From an uncultured Colwellia sp. (GTDB lineage: Bacteria; Pseudomonadota; Gammaproteobacteria; Enterobacterales; Alteromonadaceae): a stretch of 52,007 bases of DNA. The position numbers were made by a program, and so were the translations under genes. Below, piece after piece: positions 10,650 through 21,882 of the stretch. The stretch spans positions 1-52,007 of the forward strand of contig CAWVWK010000001.1 in assembly GCA_963933725.1 (NCBI GenBank), written 5' to 3'. The notes under the pieces were generated by a model. The model worked only from the letters and a program-made list of their open reading frames with translations. It did no database searches and was not told where the DNA came from. Position 1 is the first letter of the stretch; each line of letters begins with the position of its first letter.

Positions 10650-11249
10650 ATGATTTTAAACCATATTTGGGGGCTTTATGCCCACCCGAAAGATGAATGG
10701 CAAACCATCGAAAGAAAACATGAAAGTTTGACTTATAGTTTGGCACATATTTTAATTGTCGCTTTAATACCAGCCTTTTGTAGCTATTATGCGGCTGCTC
10801 ATATTGGTTGGACTGTAGGAACGGGTGATCCAATACGTATTAGTACGGAAAGTGCCCAACTAATGGGATTTTCTATGTATTTTGCTCTTATTGCAGGCGT
10901 TTTTGCTTTGGCTGTACTCATTCAATGGATGGCTAACACTTTTGGCTCTAAACCAACATTCATTCAATCACTCGAGCTTTCTGCATACACTGCAACTCCA
11001 GTCATGATGGTAGGTTTTGTTGTATTGTACCCAGTCCTGTGGTTGGTCGCTTTAGCTGGTGTTGTCGCTATTTGCTATTCTGTGTATTTGTTGTATTCAG
11101 GTGTGCCTATTATGATGAATATCCCAGAAGATAGAGGTTTTATTTATTCTAGCTCAGTAGTGACTTGTGGACTTGTTTTATTTGTTGCCATGCTAGCATT
11201 TACCGTGATGATGTGGACAACGGGCTTTGGCCCTCAATATATGGCATAA
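10650..11249 (+). CDS. Yip1/YohC-family inner membrane protein
   Basis: LNHIWGLYAHPKDEWQTI N-terminus, about five hydrophobic helices, and YLLYSGVPIMMNIPEDRG. Confidence 0.85.
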   Translation: MILNHIWGLYAHPKDEWQTIERKHESLTYSLAHILIVALIPAFCSYYAAAHIGWTVGTGDPIRISTESAQLMGFSMYFALIAGVFALAVLIQWMANTFGSKPTFIQSLELSAYTATPVMMVGFVVLYPVLWLVALAGVVAICYSVYLLYSGVPIMMNIPEDRGFIYSSSVVTCGLVLFVAMLAFTVMMWTTGFGPQYMA

Positions 11250-11273
11250 CTCAACTCGATTAAGTTAATGACC

Positions 11274-11306
11274 AACAAAAAAGTCGCTTAAAGCGTCTTT
11301 TTTGTT
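11274..11306. terminator. Bidirectional terminator between the Yip1 gene and purF
   Basis: AACAAAAAAGTCGC-TTAAA-GCGTCTTTTTTGTT between convergent genes. Confidence 0.75.
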
Positions 11307-11350
11307 ATCAAACTCGGAAATAGATACTTACTTATTCTATATTATAATCG

Positions 11351-12868
11351 CTATTCTGCACCTTCATTATATATATCGATAATTGAATCCGCATTTTTAT
11401 CCGTTGTTTCTTTCGTTTCATTATTCCGCATAGAGTCTAATTTTTCTAAATAACTATGATCGATATCATTAGTGATATAACGACCATCAAAAACAGACAT
11501 ATCAAATCCTTGGATGTCAGGATTGCCAATTTTAACAGCAGTCTCTAAATCGTCTATGGTTTGGAAAATTAGTTTATCTGCCCCAATAAGGTTACAAATA
11601 TCGTCTAGTTCACGTCCATGAGAAATAAGTTCATTTGCACTTGGCATATCAATACCATACACATTCGGGAATTTTACTTCTGGTGCAGCTGATGCAAAGT
11701 AAACTTTTTTAGCACCTGCTGAGCGAGCCATATCTATAATCTGCTCTGAGGTTGTCCCTCTGACAACAGAGTCATCAACGAGTAGGACATTTTTATCTTT
11801 AAACTCAGCTTTGATAGCGTTCAATTTTTGGCGAACAGATTTTTTGCGCTGAGCTTGCCCAGGCATAATAAAAGTACGACCTATATATCGGTTTTTTACA
11901 AAACCTTGCCTATATGGAAGCTCTAGTTTATTTGCTATTTGTAAGGCAATGTCATTTGATGTTTCAGGAATCGGTATCACCACATCAATATCGAGATCAT
12001 CCCACTCCTTTAATATCTTATCTCCAAGCATAGATCCCATTTCAACACGAGAGGCATAAACAGACATCTTATCGATAGTTGAATCCGGACGAGCAAAGTA
12101 GACAAACTCAAAAATACATGGACTATAAAGTGGATTTTCAGCACATTGCTTTGTATGAATATTACCATCTTCAGAAAAGAAAATAGCTTCACCAGGGGCA
12201 ACATCGCGAACGAAGTCAAAGCCACAAGCATCTAGTGCAACAGACTCTGAAGCAACCATATATTCAATACCTGTCTGTGTTTCACGTTTACCAAAACAAA
12301 GTGGTCGTATTCCATTTGGATCTCGAAATGCTATCATCCCGTGCCCAATAATAAGCGCTACTACAGCATATGCGCCTCTTACATGCTTATGAACAGACTC
12401 TATAACACTAAATACATCTTCAGGCTTTAATGTAAGGCTATCAGTTTGTTGTAATTCATGAGCTAAAACATTTAACAGTAATTCAGAATCGGATGTTGTA
12501 TTAACATGCCGTCTAGCTTTGGTTAATAAAAATTCTTTCAAGCTTTCAGCGTTGGTTAAATTACCATTATGGGCCAGAGATAGGCCAAAGGGTGAGTTAG
12601 TATAAAAAGGTTGAGCTTCTGAGGAGCTTGACGTACCTGCGGTTGGGTAACGGATATGCCCAATACCTATAGTACCTTCTAGGCGCATCATATGGCGGGT
12701 ATAAAAGACATCTTTTACTAAGCCATTACCCTTTCGAAGTCTAAACATATCATCATGAATCGTAACAATACCAGCAGCGTCTTGCCCTCGATGTTGTAAT
12801 ACAGTTAACGCGTCATATAAGTACTGACTAACAGGGGTTTTCCCAACAATCCCGACAACTCCACACAT
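11351..12868 (-). CDS. purF: Amidophosphoribosyltransferase
   Basis: N-terminal [20 protein letters not shown] and the PRPP motif [14 protein letters not shown]. Confidence 0.99.
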   Translation of the reverse strand: MCGVVGIVGKTPVSQYLYDALTVLQHRGQDAAGIVTIHDDMFRLRKGNGLVKDVFYTRHMMRLEGTIGIGHIRYPTAGTSSSSEAQPFYTNSPFGLSLAHNGNLTNAESLKEFLLTKARRHVNTTSDSELLLNVLAHELQQTDSLTLKPEDVFSVIESVHKHVRGAYAVVALIIGHGMIAFRDPNGIRPLCFGKRETQTGIEYMVASESVALDACGFDFVRDVAPGEAIFFSEDGNIHTKQCAENPLYSPCIFEFVYFARPDSTIDKMSVYASRVEMGSMLGDKILKEWDDLDIDVVIPIPETSNDIALQIANKLELPYRQGFVKNRYIGRTFIMPGQAQRKKSVRQKLNAIKAEFKDKNVLLVDDSVVRGTTSEQIIDMARSAGAKKVYFASAAPEVKFPNVYGIDMPSANELISHGRELDDICNLIGADKLIFQTIDDLETAVKIGNPDIQGFDMSVFDGRYITNDIDHSYLEKLDSMRNNETKETTDKNADSIIDIYNEGAE

Positions 12869-12915
12869 ATCGTTCTTCTCCGATAAAAACTAAAACAATT
12901 AAGGCTGTAAATTAT

Positions 12916-13407
12916 TTATATTTGCCTTAAAAAAGTTGATGTTTGCTTTAAATATTCAAAAAACCATTCTACAATAAATTGAAATTCAGGAATTAAAATA
13001 GAATCTTTCCACCATGAGGTAGATGAAGCTCCAGTGAAGCTATCCATAAAGAATAATAAAGCAGTGATAATTAATATTCCGCGCAAACCACCAAAAACTA
13101 AACCTAGCACGCGATCAGTTCCCGATAGACCAGTTCTTGTAACGAGTTGAGCGACTAAGTAATTGATTAAAGCCCCTAGAATAAGGGTACACACAAACAA
13201 AATACCACTTGCTGCGGCATTGCGTAAAAATTCATCGTGAATATTGGTAAGTAAAACAGCTAAATTAGGGTAAAAGGTACTTGCAATAAAGAAAGCACTC
13301 ACCCAAATAACCAATGAAAGCGCTTCTTTAACAAAGCCACGGATTAAGCTAACAAAAGTTGATACACCTATTATAATTAAAATGGTGTAATCGATCCAAA
13401 TCATCAT
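12916..13407 (-). CDS. cvpA: CvpA family membrane protein
   Basis: WIDY...[13 protein letters not shown] and [10 protein letters not shown]. Immediately upstream of purF. Confidence 0.95.
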   Translation of the reverse strand: MMIWIDYTILIIIGVSTFVSLIRGFVKEALSLVIWVSAFFIASTFYPNLAVLLTNIHDEFLRNAAASGILFVCTLILGALINYLVAQLVTRTGLSGTDRVLGLVFGGLRGILIITALLFFMDSFTGASSTSWWKDSILIPEFQFIVEWFFEYLKQTSTFLRQI

Positions 13408-13517
13408 TTAAAGCTCTCATTATTCACAATAATTAAGGGGAAAATTTCTGAAATGTCCCACCCCAAAATAGTTGTGGAGCATTCTACCAGAAGCAGTTTT
13501 ATTAATCCGATTTTTTT

Positions 13518-14234
13518 CTATTGTAGAGGATTATATAAAGCAACTTTTCCTTGAACACCTGTAATTAATTTCAGATGTGGTATTTTTTTAGATATACTCG
13601 ATTTAATAAGCTCGGGGCCTACAAATACTTTCGTTAAAGTCCCTTTTTGGGTTTGAATAGGCTTAGTAAAAACCACATAACCATTCTGCTTTAACTTAAA
13701 AATAAGTTGATCTACATTTTTCTGGTTTTGAAAACTACCGAGTTGAATAACCCACGCTTCATTAACTTGTCCGCGCTCTGGTAATATTTGCGAGTTGGAA
13801 GCAAGTTTAGGCTCGGGTTGAGAAATTTTCATATTTTTTATTGCGCCGGCTTTTTTCTCTGTTTCAGCCAATGACGTTGTATTTATATCTTCCACTTCAT
13901 TTTGATTAGCGACTATCGTGTTTGATGAAGTTTCATTAGGTGTACTTTCTTTGTTTAGGTTATCACTTTTAGAGGATTCCTCTGTAAACTCTGCTAGCAA
14001 CTCGTTATCTTGTGGTGTGTCTTTCGAGAGTTCTTTCGTATCACTTTTAGGCCTTAAAGCGTCAGGAAATTTATCTTCTGATAGTTTTCCAGTGAAAACG
14101 GGGGTTGTAGGGATATTATCAAAATCTGATTGATACGATTTTTTCTCTCCATCCAGAATCCCGGGTAAAAATATTACAATAGCCGCTGTAACAATGATGG
14201 TGCCAACTAGGCGGTTTTGAAATGGTGTAGACAA
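13518..14234 (-). CDS. dedD: SPOR-domain cell division protein DedD
   Basis: FQNRLVGTII membrane anchor and C-terminal SPOR (WVIQLGSF...KVFVGP). Lies between folC and cvpA. Confidence 0.9.
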   Translation of the reverse strand: MSTPFQNRLVGTIIVTAAIVIFLPGILDGEKKSYQSDFDNIPTTPVFTGKLSEDKFPDALRPKSDTKELSKDTPQDNELLAEFTEESSKSDNLNKESTPNETSSNTIVANQNEVEDINTTSLAETEKKAGAIKNMKISQPEPKLASNSQILPERGQVNEAWVIQLGSFQNQKNVDQLIFKLKQNGYVVFTKPIQTQKGTLTKVFVGPELIKSSISKKIPHLKLITGVQGKVALYNPLQ

Positions 14235-14349
14235 AGAAAACTCCGATTAAGCTTTATAATATCAAGTCCTGCAATGAGCTGTTCATTTAAAATAGAACAC
14301 CAAATTAATGGAATCAATATAATTATTATTTGTACACATGATGAATGTA

Positions 14350-15741
14350 TTAAAGATCTTTACTAACTAATCTCTCTCTTATTTCTGCTACGGTAAAGAA
14401 AGATCCAAAAACTAAGAGTAACTCATCACAATGAGTGTCTGTATTTGCTATTTTAAATGCCTGAGAGATATTGTCAAAACAATTGAAAGATTTAATTGTA
14501 GAAGGTAGTTTACTCATTAATAATTCAATATTAGCAGCCCTTGGCGCCTTTACTGGGGCAATATACCAATGGGAAATCACCTCAGACATCTGTGCTAATG
14601 TCTGATTAATATCTTTATCAATTAGCATACCGACAACAGCATTCACCTTTTTATATTTTTTTTGCGCTAAAAGCGTTTTAATCTTTCCAGCTAAATAACG
14701 AGCAGCTTGAGGGTTATGTGCAACATCTAGCATTACATCACTGTTTAGTTTGAAGTTAGTTTGGAATAGCTCTCTTTGTGATGGCGAGAAAATTTCAGTC
14801 CTACCTGGAACGCGTGTTTTTTCTATATAAGTATTAACGGATTCAGTGTTAAGTTTGAGGTGGAATTTATTTTTTAACTGCCATAAAACCATTAACGCTG
14901 TTGTTACATTATCTTGAGGGATATGTGTTTCGTTTAAATGATTAATAGCCTGTTCTTTATTGATATTAGCTTTATAGTGCCAATTCCATGTTAAACAACC
15001 CGTATCTTCATCGAAACTATTCGACGTATTAAAAAACACGTCATTTTTTACCTTAACTCGGTTTATATAATCTTGTTTTGAAGCGTTTAATAATTTGGCT
15101 TTGCCAATGACAGAGGCTGTTGGTTTGTTATCTCCAATGACAATGAGCTGATTTGGTCGCATTATACCGGCTTTCTCAGCACCAATTAGCTCTCTGGTAT
15201 CACCGAGAAATGCTTGATGATCAAGATCAACCGTGGTTATGACAGCAATATCTGCATTAATAATATTTGTAGCATCTAACCTGCCGCCTAGACCAACTTC
15301 CAAAATAATAACATCTGGTTTACGACACATTAGAACGATAAAAGAAGCTAAGGTAGTGAACTCATAATAACTCAGAGAAATATCACCTCTTGCTTGTTCT
15401 ATTTGTACAAAAGCATCAATAAAAGACTGATTATCAACATCCGCCTTATTAACTCTTAATCTCTCATTAAAATGCTGAATATGTGGAGACGAATAAACGG
15501 CTACATTTAAGTTATTAAGCAACAAAGCACTTTCAATAAAAGCACAGGTAGTGCCTTTTCCATTTGTACCAGCAACCGTAATTACCTCAGCAAAATCTAA
15601 ATTTATGCTCAAGCGTGCTGCAACCTCTTTGATCCGATCTAATCCTAATTCGATTTCCAGACTATGAATATTTTCAATATACGAAAGCCATTGTGCTAAA
15701 GAGGAAGTTGCGTTTAATGATTTTGATGTGTGGTTATTCAT
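14350..15741 (-). CDS. folC: Bifunctional dihydrofolate/folylpolyglutamate synthase
   Basis: ITVAGTNGKGTT, LEVGLGGRLDATN, DVAHNPQAA and VFGSFFTV. Confidence 0.97.
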   Translation of the reverse strand: MNNHTSKSLNATSSLAQWLSYIENIHSLEIELGLDRIKEVAARLSINLDFAEVITVAGTNGKGTTCAFIESALLLNNLNVAVYSSPHIQHFNERLRVNKADVDNQSFIDAFVQIEQARGDISLSYYEFTTLASFIVLMCRKPDVIILEVGLGGRLDATNIINADIAVITTVDLDHQAFLGDTRELIGAEKAGIMRPNQLIVIGDNKPTASVIGKAKLLNASKQDYINRVKVKNDVFFNTSNSFDEDTGCLTWNWHYKANINKEQAINHLNETHIPQDNVTTALMVLWQLKNKFHLKLNTESVNTYIEKTRVPGRTEIFSPSQRELFQTNFKLNSDVMLDVAHNPQAARYLAGKIKTLLAQKKYKKVNAVVGMLIDKDINQTLAQMSEVISHWYIAPVKAPRAANIELLMSKLPSTIKSFNCFDNISQAFKIANTDTHCDELLLVFGSFFTVAEIRERLVSKDL

Positions 15742-15819
15742 AAGGTTCTTATATTAAAAGTATGATCTAGTACACGAGTAGTGAAACTTATAATAAAGCG
15801 GAAAAGTAAAAAGACAAGA

Positions 15820-15863
15820 AAAACCCTAATAGGTGCTTAATAACTTACTCACTTATTAGGGTT
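15820..15863 (-). terminator. Hairpin downstream of accD
   Basis: AACCCTAATAGGTG...CACTTATTAGGGTT with an A run on the left. Confidence 0.55.
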
Positions 15864-15884
15864 CAAATTCAAATAGATAAAATT

Positions 15885-16742
15885 TTAAGCCGTAGGACTT
15901 TCTTGACCTGTAAATTTAGAAAGTAAGCGAGAAAGGGTTGGTCGCATTTCACGGCGATCAATGATCATGTCAATTGCCCCTTTTTCTAATAAAAACTCAC
16001 TTCGCTGAAAACCTTCGGGTAGTTTCTCTCTTACAGTTTGCTCGATAACGCGAGGACCAGCAAAACCGATCAAAGCTTTTGGCTCTGCAACATTGATATC
16101 ACCTAACATTGCCAAACTTGCTGAAACACCACCCATCGTTGGATCGGTTAAAACAGAAACATATGGCAAGCCCTTTTCGCTCATTTTTGCAAGTGCTGCG
16201 CTGGTCTTTGCCATTTGCATTAACGAGAACAAAGCTTCCTGCATACGGGCACCACCACTCGCTGAAAAACAAACAAATGGTAAGTTATGCTCTAAACAAT
16301 ACTCAACACCTTTTACGAAACGGGCGCCTACAACTGAAGCCATTGAACCACCTAAAAAGCTAAATTCAAAAGCGGCTGCAACGACAGGTGTTCCGTAAAG
16401 CTCTCCTTTCATAACCACTAAGGCATCTTTTTCGCCAGTACTCTTACGTGCTGAAGAAAGTCTATCTTTATAACGCTTAGAGTCTTTAAACTTTAAAACA
16501 TCTTTTGCTTCTAACTCTTCTCCAAGTTCTAAGCGACCTTTATCATCAAGAAAACTGTCAATGCGTTTACGTGCGCTAATTCGCATATGGTGATCACACT
16601 TAGGGCAAACAAAAATTTGTCGCTCTAGTTCTACTTTATAAAGCACTGCATTACATGAAGTACATTTACTCCATAAGCCCTCGGGAATATTTCGCTTTTG
16701 AGTTGAGTTAGCTTTTGGGAGAATTTTTTCAATCCAGCTCAT
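15885..16742 (-). CDS. accD: Acetyl-CoA carboxylase carboxyltransferase beta subunit
   Basis: C4 zinc finger (CTSC...CPKC), SGGARMQE and [11 protein letters not shown]. Confidence 0.99.
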   Translation of the reverse strand: MSWIEKILPKANSTQKRNIPEGLWSKCTSCNAVLYKVELERQIFVCPKCDHHMRISARKRIDSFLDDKGRLELGEELEAKDVLKFKDSKRYKDRLSSARKSTGEKDALVVMKGELYGTPVVAAAFEFSFLGGSMASVVGARFVKGVEYCLEHNLPFVCFSASGGARMQEALFSLMQMAKTSAALAKMSEKGLPYVSVLTDPTMGGVSASLAMLGDINVAEPKALIGFAGPRVIEQTVREKLPEGFQRSEFLLEKGAIDMIIDRREMRPTLSRLLSKFTGQESPTA

Positions 16743-16911
16743 AATTTTTGCTTTACCTGTAATGGAGATTGTGGGTTAATTTTTTCATGCTATGTAGAGC
16801 ATACTTTAATGGCATTATTACCAGGCGATTTATTTTTTAATTTAAATTAAAATTAACCAAATATAAGTCAAGCTGAATTAGAACACATTTTAGGTGGTAT
16901 TTAATATAAAA

Positions 16912-16928
16912 AACTGGTCTGTCTTGTT
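16912..16928. promoter_or_regulatory. Putative FadR box upstream of accD
   Basis: AACTGGTCTGTCTTGTT compared with the FadR consensus AACTGGTCnGACCAGTT. Confidence 0.6.
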
Positions 16929-16959
16929 GATTATCATGACTTATCAATGACTTTTTAGC

Positions 16960-17745
16960 TTAATCACTTAAAAAAAGAGGTCCTAACGGTTTTTTAGGTA
17001 TCATAAATTCATCTGGATAATCGACGCCAACAAAATATAACCCCGTTGGCGGAGCAGTTACACCGGCTACACATCGGTTTTTTGCGTCTAATACCGTTTT
17101 TATCCAATTGATTTCTTCTTGTTTTTGCCCAACACGCATTAAACTACCAACAATATTTCTTACCATATGATGTAAGAAGGCGTTTGCTTTCACGTCCACA
17201 ATAATGTATTCGCCTTCTCGTGTAACATGACAATGTTCTATTGTTCTAATAGCAGAGTGGGATTGGCAATGAACAGTGCGATATGACGTAAAGTCATGCT
17301 TACCAATTAGTTGTTGAGCCGCTTCATGCATTAACTTTGCATCAAGAGGAAAGTGGCAGTGACTTATACCGTAACTTAAAATAGCTGAACGTAGCCTACT
17401 GTTATGAATTATATATCGATATCTTCTAGCAGTAGCACTAAAACGCGCATGAAAGCTATCATCTACAGGCTTCACCCAGGTAACTGCAATATCGGCGGGT
17501 AAGTGTGTATTAACCCCCAAAGTCCAAGACACATCTTTTCTAACCTGGCTCGTATCAAAGTGGATGACTTGATTGGTTGCATTAACCCCCGTATCGGTTC
17601 GGCCAGCGCAAACTACTTCTATATTTTCATTCGCTATTTTAGAAAGCGCTTTTTCGACCTTCTCTTGGACGCCAATGACATTTTTTTGCCGTTGCCAGCC
17701 ACAATAATTTCTTCCGTCGTATTCTATGCCTAGTGCGTAACGCAT
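16960..17745 (-). CDS. truA: tRNA pseudouridine(38-40) synthase
   Basis: [31 protein letters not shown] and [11 protein letters not shown]. Confidence 0.98.
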   Translation of the reverse strand: MRYALGIEYDGRNYCGWQRQKNVIGVQEKVEKALSKIANENIEVVCAGRTDTGVNATNQVIHFDTSQVRKDVSWTLGVNTHLPADIAVTWVKPVDDSFHARFSATARRYRYIIHNSRLRSAILSYGISHCHFPLDAKLMHEAAQQLIGKHDFTSYRTVHCQSHSAIRTIEHCHVTREGEYIIVDVKANAFLHHMVRNIVGSLMRVGQKQEEINWIKTVLDAKNRCVAGVTAPPTGLYFVGVDYPDEFMIPKKPLGPLFLSD

Positions 17746-17839
17746 GTAGAGCCTTAAGTTAAATGCTAAATTACCATATTGCTATTATCTCGTACTTTCA
17801 TATACTCGGTCAAACCCAGATAAAGAGATTAAATTAATG

Positions 17840-20410
17840 CTAAAGTTCATTTAATAAATTTTTAGCTTCATGTATCTGCTCTTTATCACCTTTAACAATA
17901 ACCTCATCTAAAAGCAGTTGTGCGTGTTCATCATCATCAATTTCAATGTAAACTTTGGCTAAATCAAGCTTAGCGGCAATAGAGCTATCTTGGTCAACAT
18001 CAATTTTATTTATCCCTTTGGTCATATCGGGGAAGTTTCCTAAACCAACCTCAATATTGCTCTCTTTATAAGGCTCTTCTAAAGTTTCTTCTGTTTCGGA
18101 AAGTAATGATTCAACAGAAACAAAATCTCGTTCTTGGTCTTTTGGTTCTGAAGGGGGTTCAGAGCTCTGTGAAATATCTAGTTCTAATGAAGTTCCTTCT
18201 AAAACTTGCTTTTTAACATCTTCAGTCGTCGATGTTGTTTCATCTTGTTGCGACTCTATTTGAGGAGTTTCATCTTCAATGCTAGCAAGTAAATCATCAA
18301 AGTCTATCTCATCAAGACTTTGTAATTCTTCACTCTCGGTTGTCGTCTCGGTTGTTGTCTCAGTTGCCTCCTCCTCTGAGCTCGAGCCAATATCATTATT
18401 TTCTGCTATATCACTTTGTAGCTCAGCTAAAGCATCACTTTTATCAAGTTCGACTTCTAAAAATGGCTCTATAGAATCATCTATAAAATTAGAAATCTTT
18501 TCTTTATTATCATCGCTCTCTTCGCCTGTCAAAGTATTGTCTAACGGCTCATCAAGCAATTCTTCTGACTCAATTTCAGAGTTTACTTCTGATTCATTCT
18601 CAGTAATCAATTCAGGCTCAGCTTCAACACCACTGTTCACTTCATCAAGTAACTCATCTATATCATCAGGGGGTGTTATCTCTTGAGTTGGCTTTTTATT
18701 TCTCTCTCTCGCCTGCTTTTCTTCAGTGCTCTGCTCTAATTCAATTTCAGAATTTACTTCTGATTCATTCTCAATAATTAATTCAGGCTCAGCTTCAACA
18801 CCACTGTTCACTTCATCAAATAACTCATCTATATCATCAAGGGATGTTATCTCTTCAGTTGGCTTTTCATTTCTATCTCTCGCCTGCTTTTCTTCAGTGC
18901 TCTGCTCTAATTCACTTTCAGAATTTACTTCTGATTCATTCTCAGTAATCAATTCAGGATCAGCTTCAACACCACTGATCACTTCATCAAGTAAGTCATC
19001 TATATCATCAGAGGATGTTATCTCTTCAGTTATACTGGCTGCTTGTGGTTCAGGTAGAACTTCATCAATTTCTTTTTCAATCACTTCATCAATTAAAGCA
19101 TCACTTTCATCTGGAGACTTCATAGAATAAGAGCTAATATCATTCTCCAGAGAGATATCAAGTGGTTCTTTATCCTGTTGGTTAGTTGGAAGTTCTTCCT
19201 CATTTTCAGCATTAATTTCATCTAATAAAGCATCTAGTTCGTCCAATTCATCACTTTGGTTCACAAGTGAATCATCAACACCAATATCCTCTAAAATATC
19301 GAGTTCATCTAATGGCTCTGATCTACTGTTTGTATTACCTTCTTTTGAATATTCAAAATCTGCTCCCTCATTTACTGTTTTTTCAAGTAAATCAATAGAC
19401 AAATCATCCTCTAGTAAATCAATATCAAGTTCATCTTCAGCAGTTTGTGTTAAAGGAGCGTCTTCCTTTTGTTTTTTATCATGCTTGGTTATTTTTGCAT
19501 CTTTTCTTTTATCACCTGAAGGTTTTTTATTTCTAATAAAGAACAATGCAAGGCCACCAATAATCAAAAAAGCCGGCAGTGTGGAGACTAAAACAATGAA
19601 CCATGTTTGTGAAGTAAGTTTTTCTTTTGCTAATTCAGCTTCTTGTAGCTCCTTAAGCTCAGCTTGTTGTCTTTCTCTTATAAGGCTTTGTTCACGAGCT
19701 TGTGCTTGCTTTAGTAGGTTTTGGATATCATCCATTTGCTGTTTTAGTGCTTTACCTTGTTCAACTTCGAGCTGTAAATTAGCTAACTTCTCGTTCATCG
19801 AAGTTAATCGTTCATTAAGGGAGGTATTTTCTTTTAGGATCTCTTCTAAGCCATCAATGGAATTAAGAACATCATACTGGATGTTTTTAAGTTGTTTTTG
19901 CTGAGCCGAATCCATTGTTTCAAGCTTTTGGTTAATTTCTGTTTTTACTAGGTTCAAATCATCTTTGTTGACAATTTTTTCTTTAGCTGGTGTTGCTTTT
20001 GAGATTTCTGGAAGCTTTTTCTGCCAAACGCGATCAGCGTTTTCTGAATTGAGTTTAGCCGTGTCCTTATCTATGGAAAACATGACTTCGATATCTGGAA
20101 TATTTAGAAAAGAACCTTCAACGAGGTGATTTACATTATTATCTAAGAAAGACTTAGGATTTTCTTGGTAAAGCGATTCCATCACTTGATAGATAGTTAA
20201 TTTATTATCTGGCCTTACACGCAAAGCTATATTCCACAAAGTATCTCTGTTTGAGATAGGGCCATATTTATCATAAGGAAAGTTATCACTACTCTTTGGG
20301 CCTCTTACCTTTATTCCTAGTTCATCTTCATTCATAGCCAACGACATGCTAGGGAGAAGAAATCCAGCCATGAAAATAGGTAATAAAGCTATACGTAATA
20401 ATTTTTCCAT
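17840..20410 (-). CDS. fimV: FimV/HubP-family polar landmark protein
   Basis: Signal peptide, LysM-like YGPI...DTLWNIA..VRP, coiled coil, one TM helix, a long acidic tail and C-terminal AKLDLAKVYIEIDD. Lies between asd and truA. Confidence 0.92.
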   Translation of the reverse strand: MEKLLRIALLPIFMAGFLLPSMSLAMNEDELGIKVRGPKSSDNFPYDKYGPISNRDTLWNIALRVRPDNKLTIYQVMESLYQENPKSFLDNNVNHLVEGSFLNIPDIEVMFSIDKDTAKLNSENADRVWQKKLPEISKATPAKEKIVNKDDLNLVKTEINQKLETMDSAQQKQLKNIQYDVLNSIDGLEEILKENTSLNERLTSMNEKLANLQLEVEQGKALKQQMDDIQNLLKQAQAREQSLIRERQQAELKELQEAELAKEKLTSQTWFIVLVSTLPAFLIIGGLALFFIRNKKPSGDKRKDAKITKHDKKQKEDAPLTQTAEDELDIDLLEDDLSIDLLEKTVNEGADFEYSKEGNTNSRSEPLDELDILEDIGVDDSLVNQSDELDELDALLDEINAENEEELPTNQQDKEPLDISLENDISSYSMKSPDESDALIDEVIEKEIDEVLPEPQAASITEEITSSDDIDDLLDEVISGVEADPELITENESEVNSESELEQSTEEKQARDRNEKPTEEITSLDDIDELFDEVNSGVEAEPELIIENESEVNSEIELEQSTEEKQARERNKKPTQEITPPDDIDELLDEVNSGVEAEPELITENESEVNSEIESEELLDEPLDNTLTGEESDDNKEKISNFIDDSIEPFLEVELDKSDALAELQSDIAENNDIGSSSEEEATETTTETTTESEELQSLDEIDFDDLLASIEDETPQIESQQDETTSTTEDVKKQVLEGTSLELDISQSSEPPSEPKDQERDFVSVESLLSETEETLEEPYKESNIEVGLGNFPDMTKGINKIDVDQDSSIAAKLDLAKVYIEIDDDEHAQLLLDEVIVKGDKEQIHEAKNLLNEL
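18569..19030 (-). repeat. 171-bp (57-aa) tandem repeat, about 2.7 copies, inside fimV
   Basis: TCAGCTTCAACACC recurs at 18618, 18789 and 18960. The unit is EEITSxDDIDELxDEVxSGVEAEPELIxENESEVNSExELEQSTEEKQARxRNxKPT. Confidence 0.95.
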
Positions 20411-20741
20411 CAACCTTCCCTAATTTGCTTTGTAGTAAAAATACTGAAAATAGATCTTCAAGCACATTATTTAAACACTTTTTATATGTTCATGTGAATA
20501 AGCGGCATTTCAGTTAAGTAAATAGCATAAAGTAGTTGCAAAACTTAAAAGAAACACTTGATAAAAATAAATTTTAAAGCTTGTTAATATCTATTTATAA
20601 CAATTTTTCCCTTAAAATACAAAGCAACTTCTATTCCAAGAAATATGCTAGATTTATTGAAATATTATTTGCAATTTAATGTATTAATAATATAACGCTA
20701 CCTTTTGAAATAATTAAAACGTTAAGGTGATTTAAAAACAT

Positions 20742-20787
20742 AAAAAAACGCCGTTAACTTTGACTTTTTCAATCGAGGTTAACGGCG
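20742..20787 (-). terminator. Intrinsic terminator of asd
   Basis: A7 followed by CGCCGTTAACTTTGA...TCGAGGTTAACGGCG. Confidence 0.8.
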
Positions 20788-20819
20788 ACTTGCATATCAA
20801 ATAAGTGTTTTATTGCTCT

Positions 20820-21839
20820 CTAGTATAGGTATTCTTTAACTAAAAGCTCTGCTATTTGGATACTATTTGTTGCTGCGCCTTTTCTAACATTATCTGCAAC
20901 AATCCACATATTTATGCCGTTACTATGGCTAACGTCTTCACGAATACGACCTACGTATGTTTCATCTTTTCCGCTAGCATCACCAATTTGTGTTGGAAAG
21001 TCTTCGTCATTTCGACAAACGACTAATCCAGGTGAGTTTTCTAACAAATCTTTCACTTCTTCAGCGGAAATAGGTGCATTAGTTTCGATATGTAAAGCTT
21101 CTCCATGCCCAAAAAACACAGGTACACGCACTGCTGTTGGGTTAACAAGCACATTACCATCGCCAAGTATTTTCTTAGTTTCCCAAACCATTTTCATTTC
21201 TTCTTTGGTGTAACCATTTTCAAGGAAAACATCAATTTGAGGGATAACATTAAAAGCTATTTGTCTTGAAAAATTTTCTGGCTCTACAGGTTTACCGCTT
21301 AATAAATTCGCCGTTTGTTTTGCAAGCTCGTCCATTGCTGCCTTACCGCCGCCTGAAACTGATTGATAAGTACACACATTAACACGGCTAACTCCAACAG
21401 CTTCATGAAGAGGCTTTAGAGCCACCATCATTTGAATCGTTGAACAGTTTGGATTAGCGATAATGTTACGGTTACGATACTCTGCTAATGCCTGAGGATT
21501 TACTTCTGGAACAACAAGAGGAATATCATCGTCGTAGCGAAACTCTGATGTATTATCAATAACAATACAACCTGCATCTCCTGCAATAGGCGCATATTTA
21601 GCAGACGTAGTGCCACCTGCAGAAAAGAAACCTATTTGTGCTAAGCTCCAATCAAAATTATCTGCATCTAGCACTTCAATACTTTCGCCATTAAACTCAA
21701 TAATTTCGCCTGCAGAACGTGCGCTAGCTAAAGGGTACAGTTTATTAATAGGGAAATCTCTTTCTTCTAAAATTTCCATTATGGTTTTACCAACTAGTCC
21801 GGTTGCGCCCAGAATGCATACATCAAATTTTTGTGCCAT
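20820..21839 (-). CDS. asd: Aspartate-semialdehyde dehydrogenase (Asd/Usg type)
   Basis: GATGLVG, IANPNCSTIQ, RVPVFFGHGE and DNVRKGAATN. Occupies the usg position after pdxB. Confidence 0.92.
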   Translation of the reverse strand: MAQKFDVCILGATGLVGKTIMEILEERDFPINKLYPLASARSAGEIIEFNGESIEVLDADNFDWSLAQIGFFSAGGTTSAKYAPIAGDAGCIVIDNTSEFRYDDDIPLVVPEVNPQALAEYRNRNIIANPNCSTIQMMVALKPLHEAVGVSRVNVCTYQSVSGGGKAAMDELAKQTANLLSGKPVEPENFSRQIAFNVIPQIDVFLENGYTKEEMKMVWETKKILGDGNVLVNPTAVRVPVFFGHGEALHIETNAPISAEEVKDLLENSPGLVVCRNDEDFPTQIGDASGKDETYVGRIREDVSHSNGINMWIVADNVRKGAATNSIQIAELLVKEYLY

Positions 21840-21882
21840 GTTCCTCTCTCTTCTTTAAACGATTACAATTTTTATTTTATGG

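Noticed and set aside
13408-13517. PurR box upstream of cvpA-purF
   Set aside because: The closest string, GGGAAAATTTCT, lacks the AAACGTTT core.
18569-19030. Regularly spaced repeats suggesting a CRISPR array
   Set aside because: The whole 171-bp unit repeats in frame inside fimV. There are no unique spacers and no cas genes.
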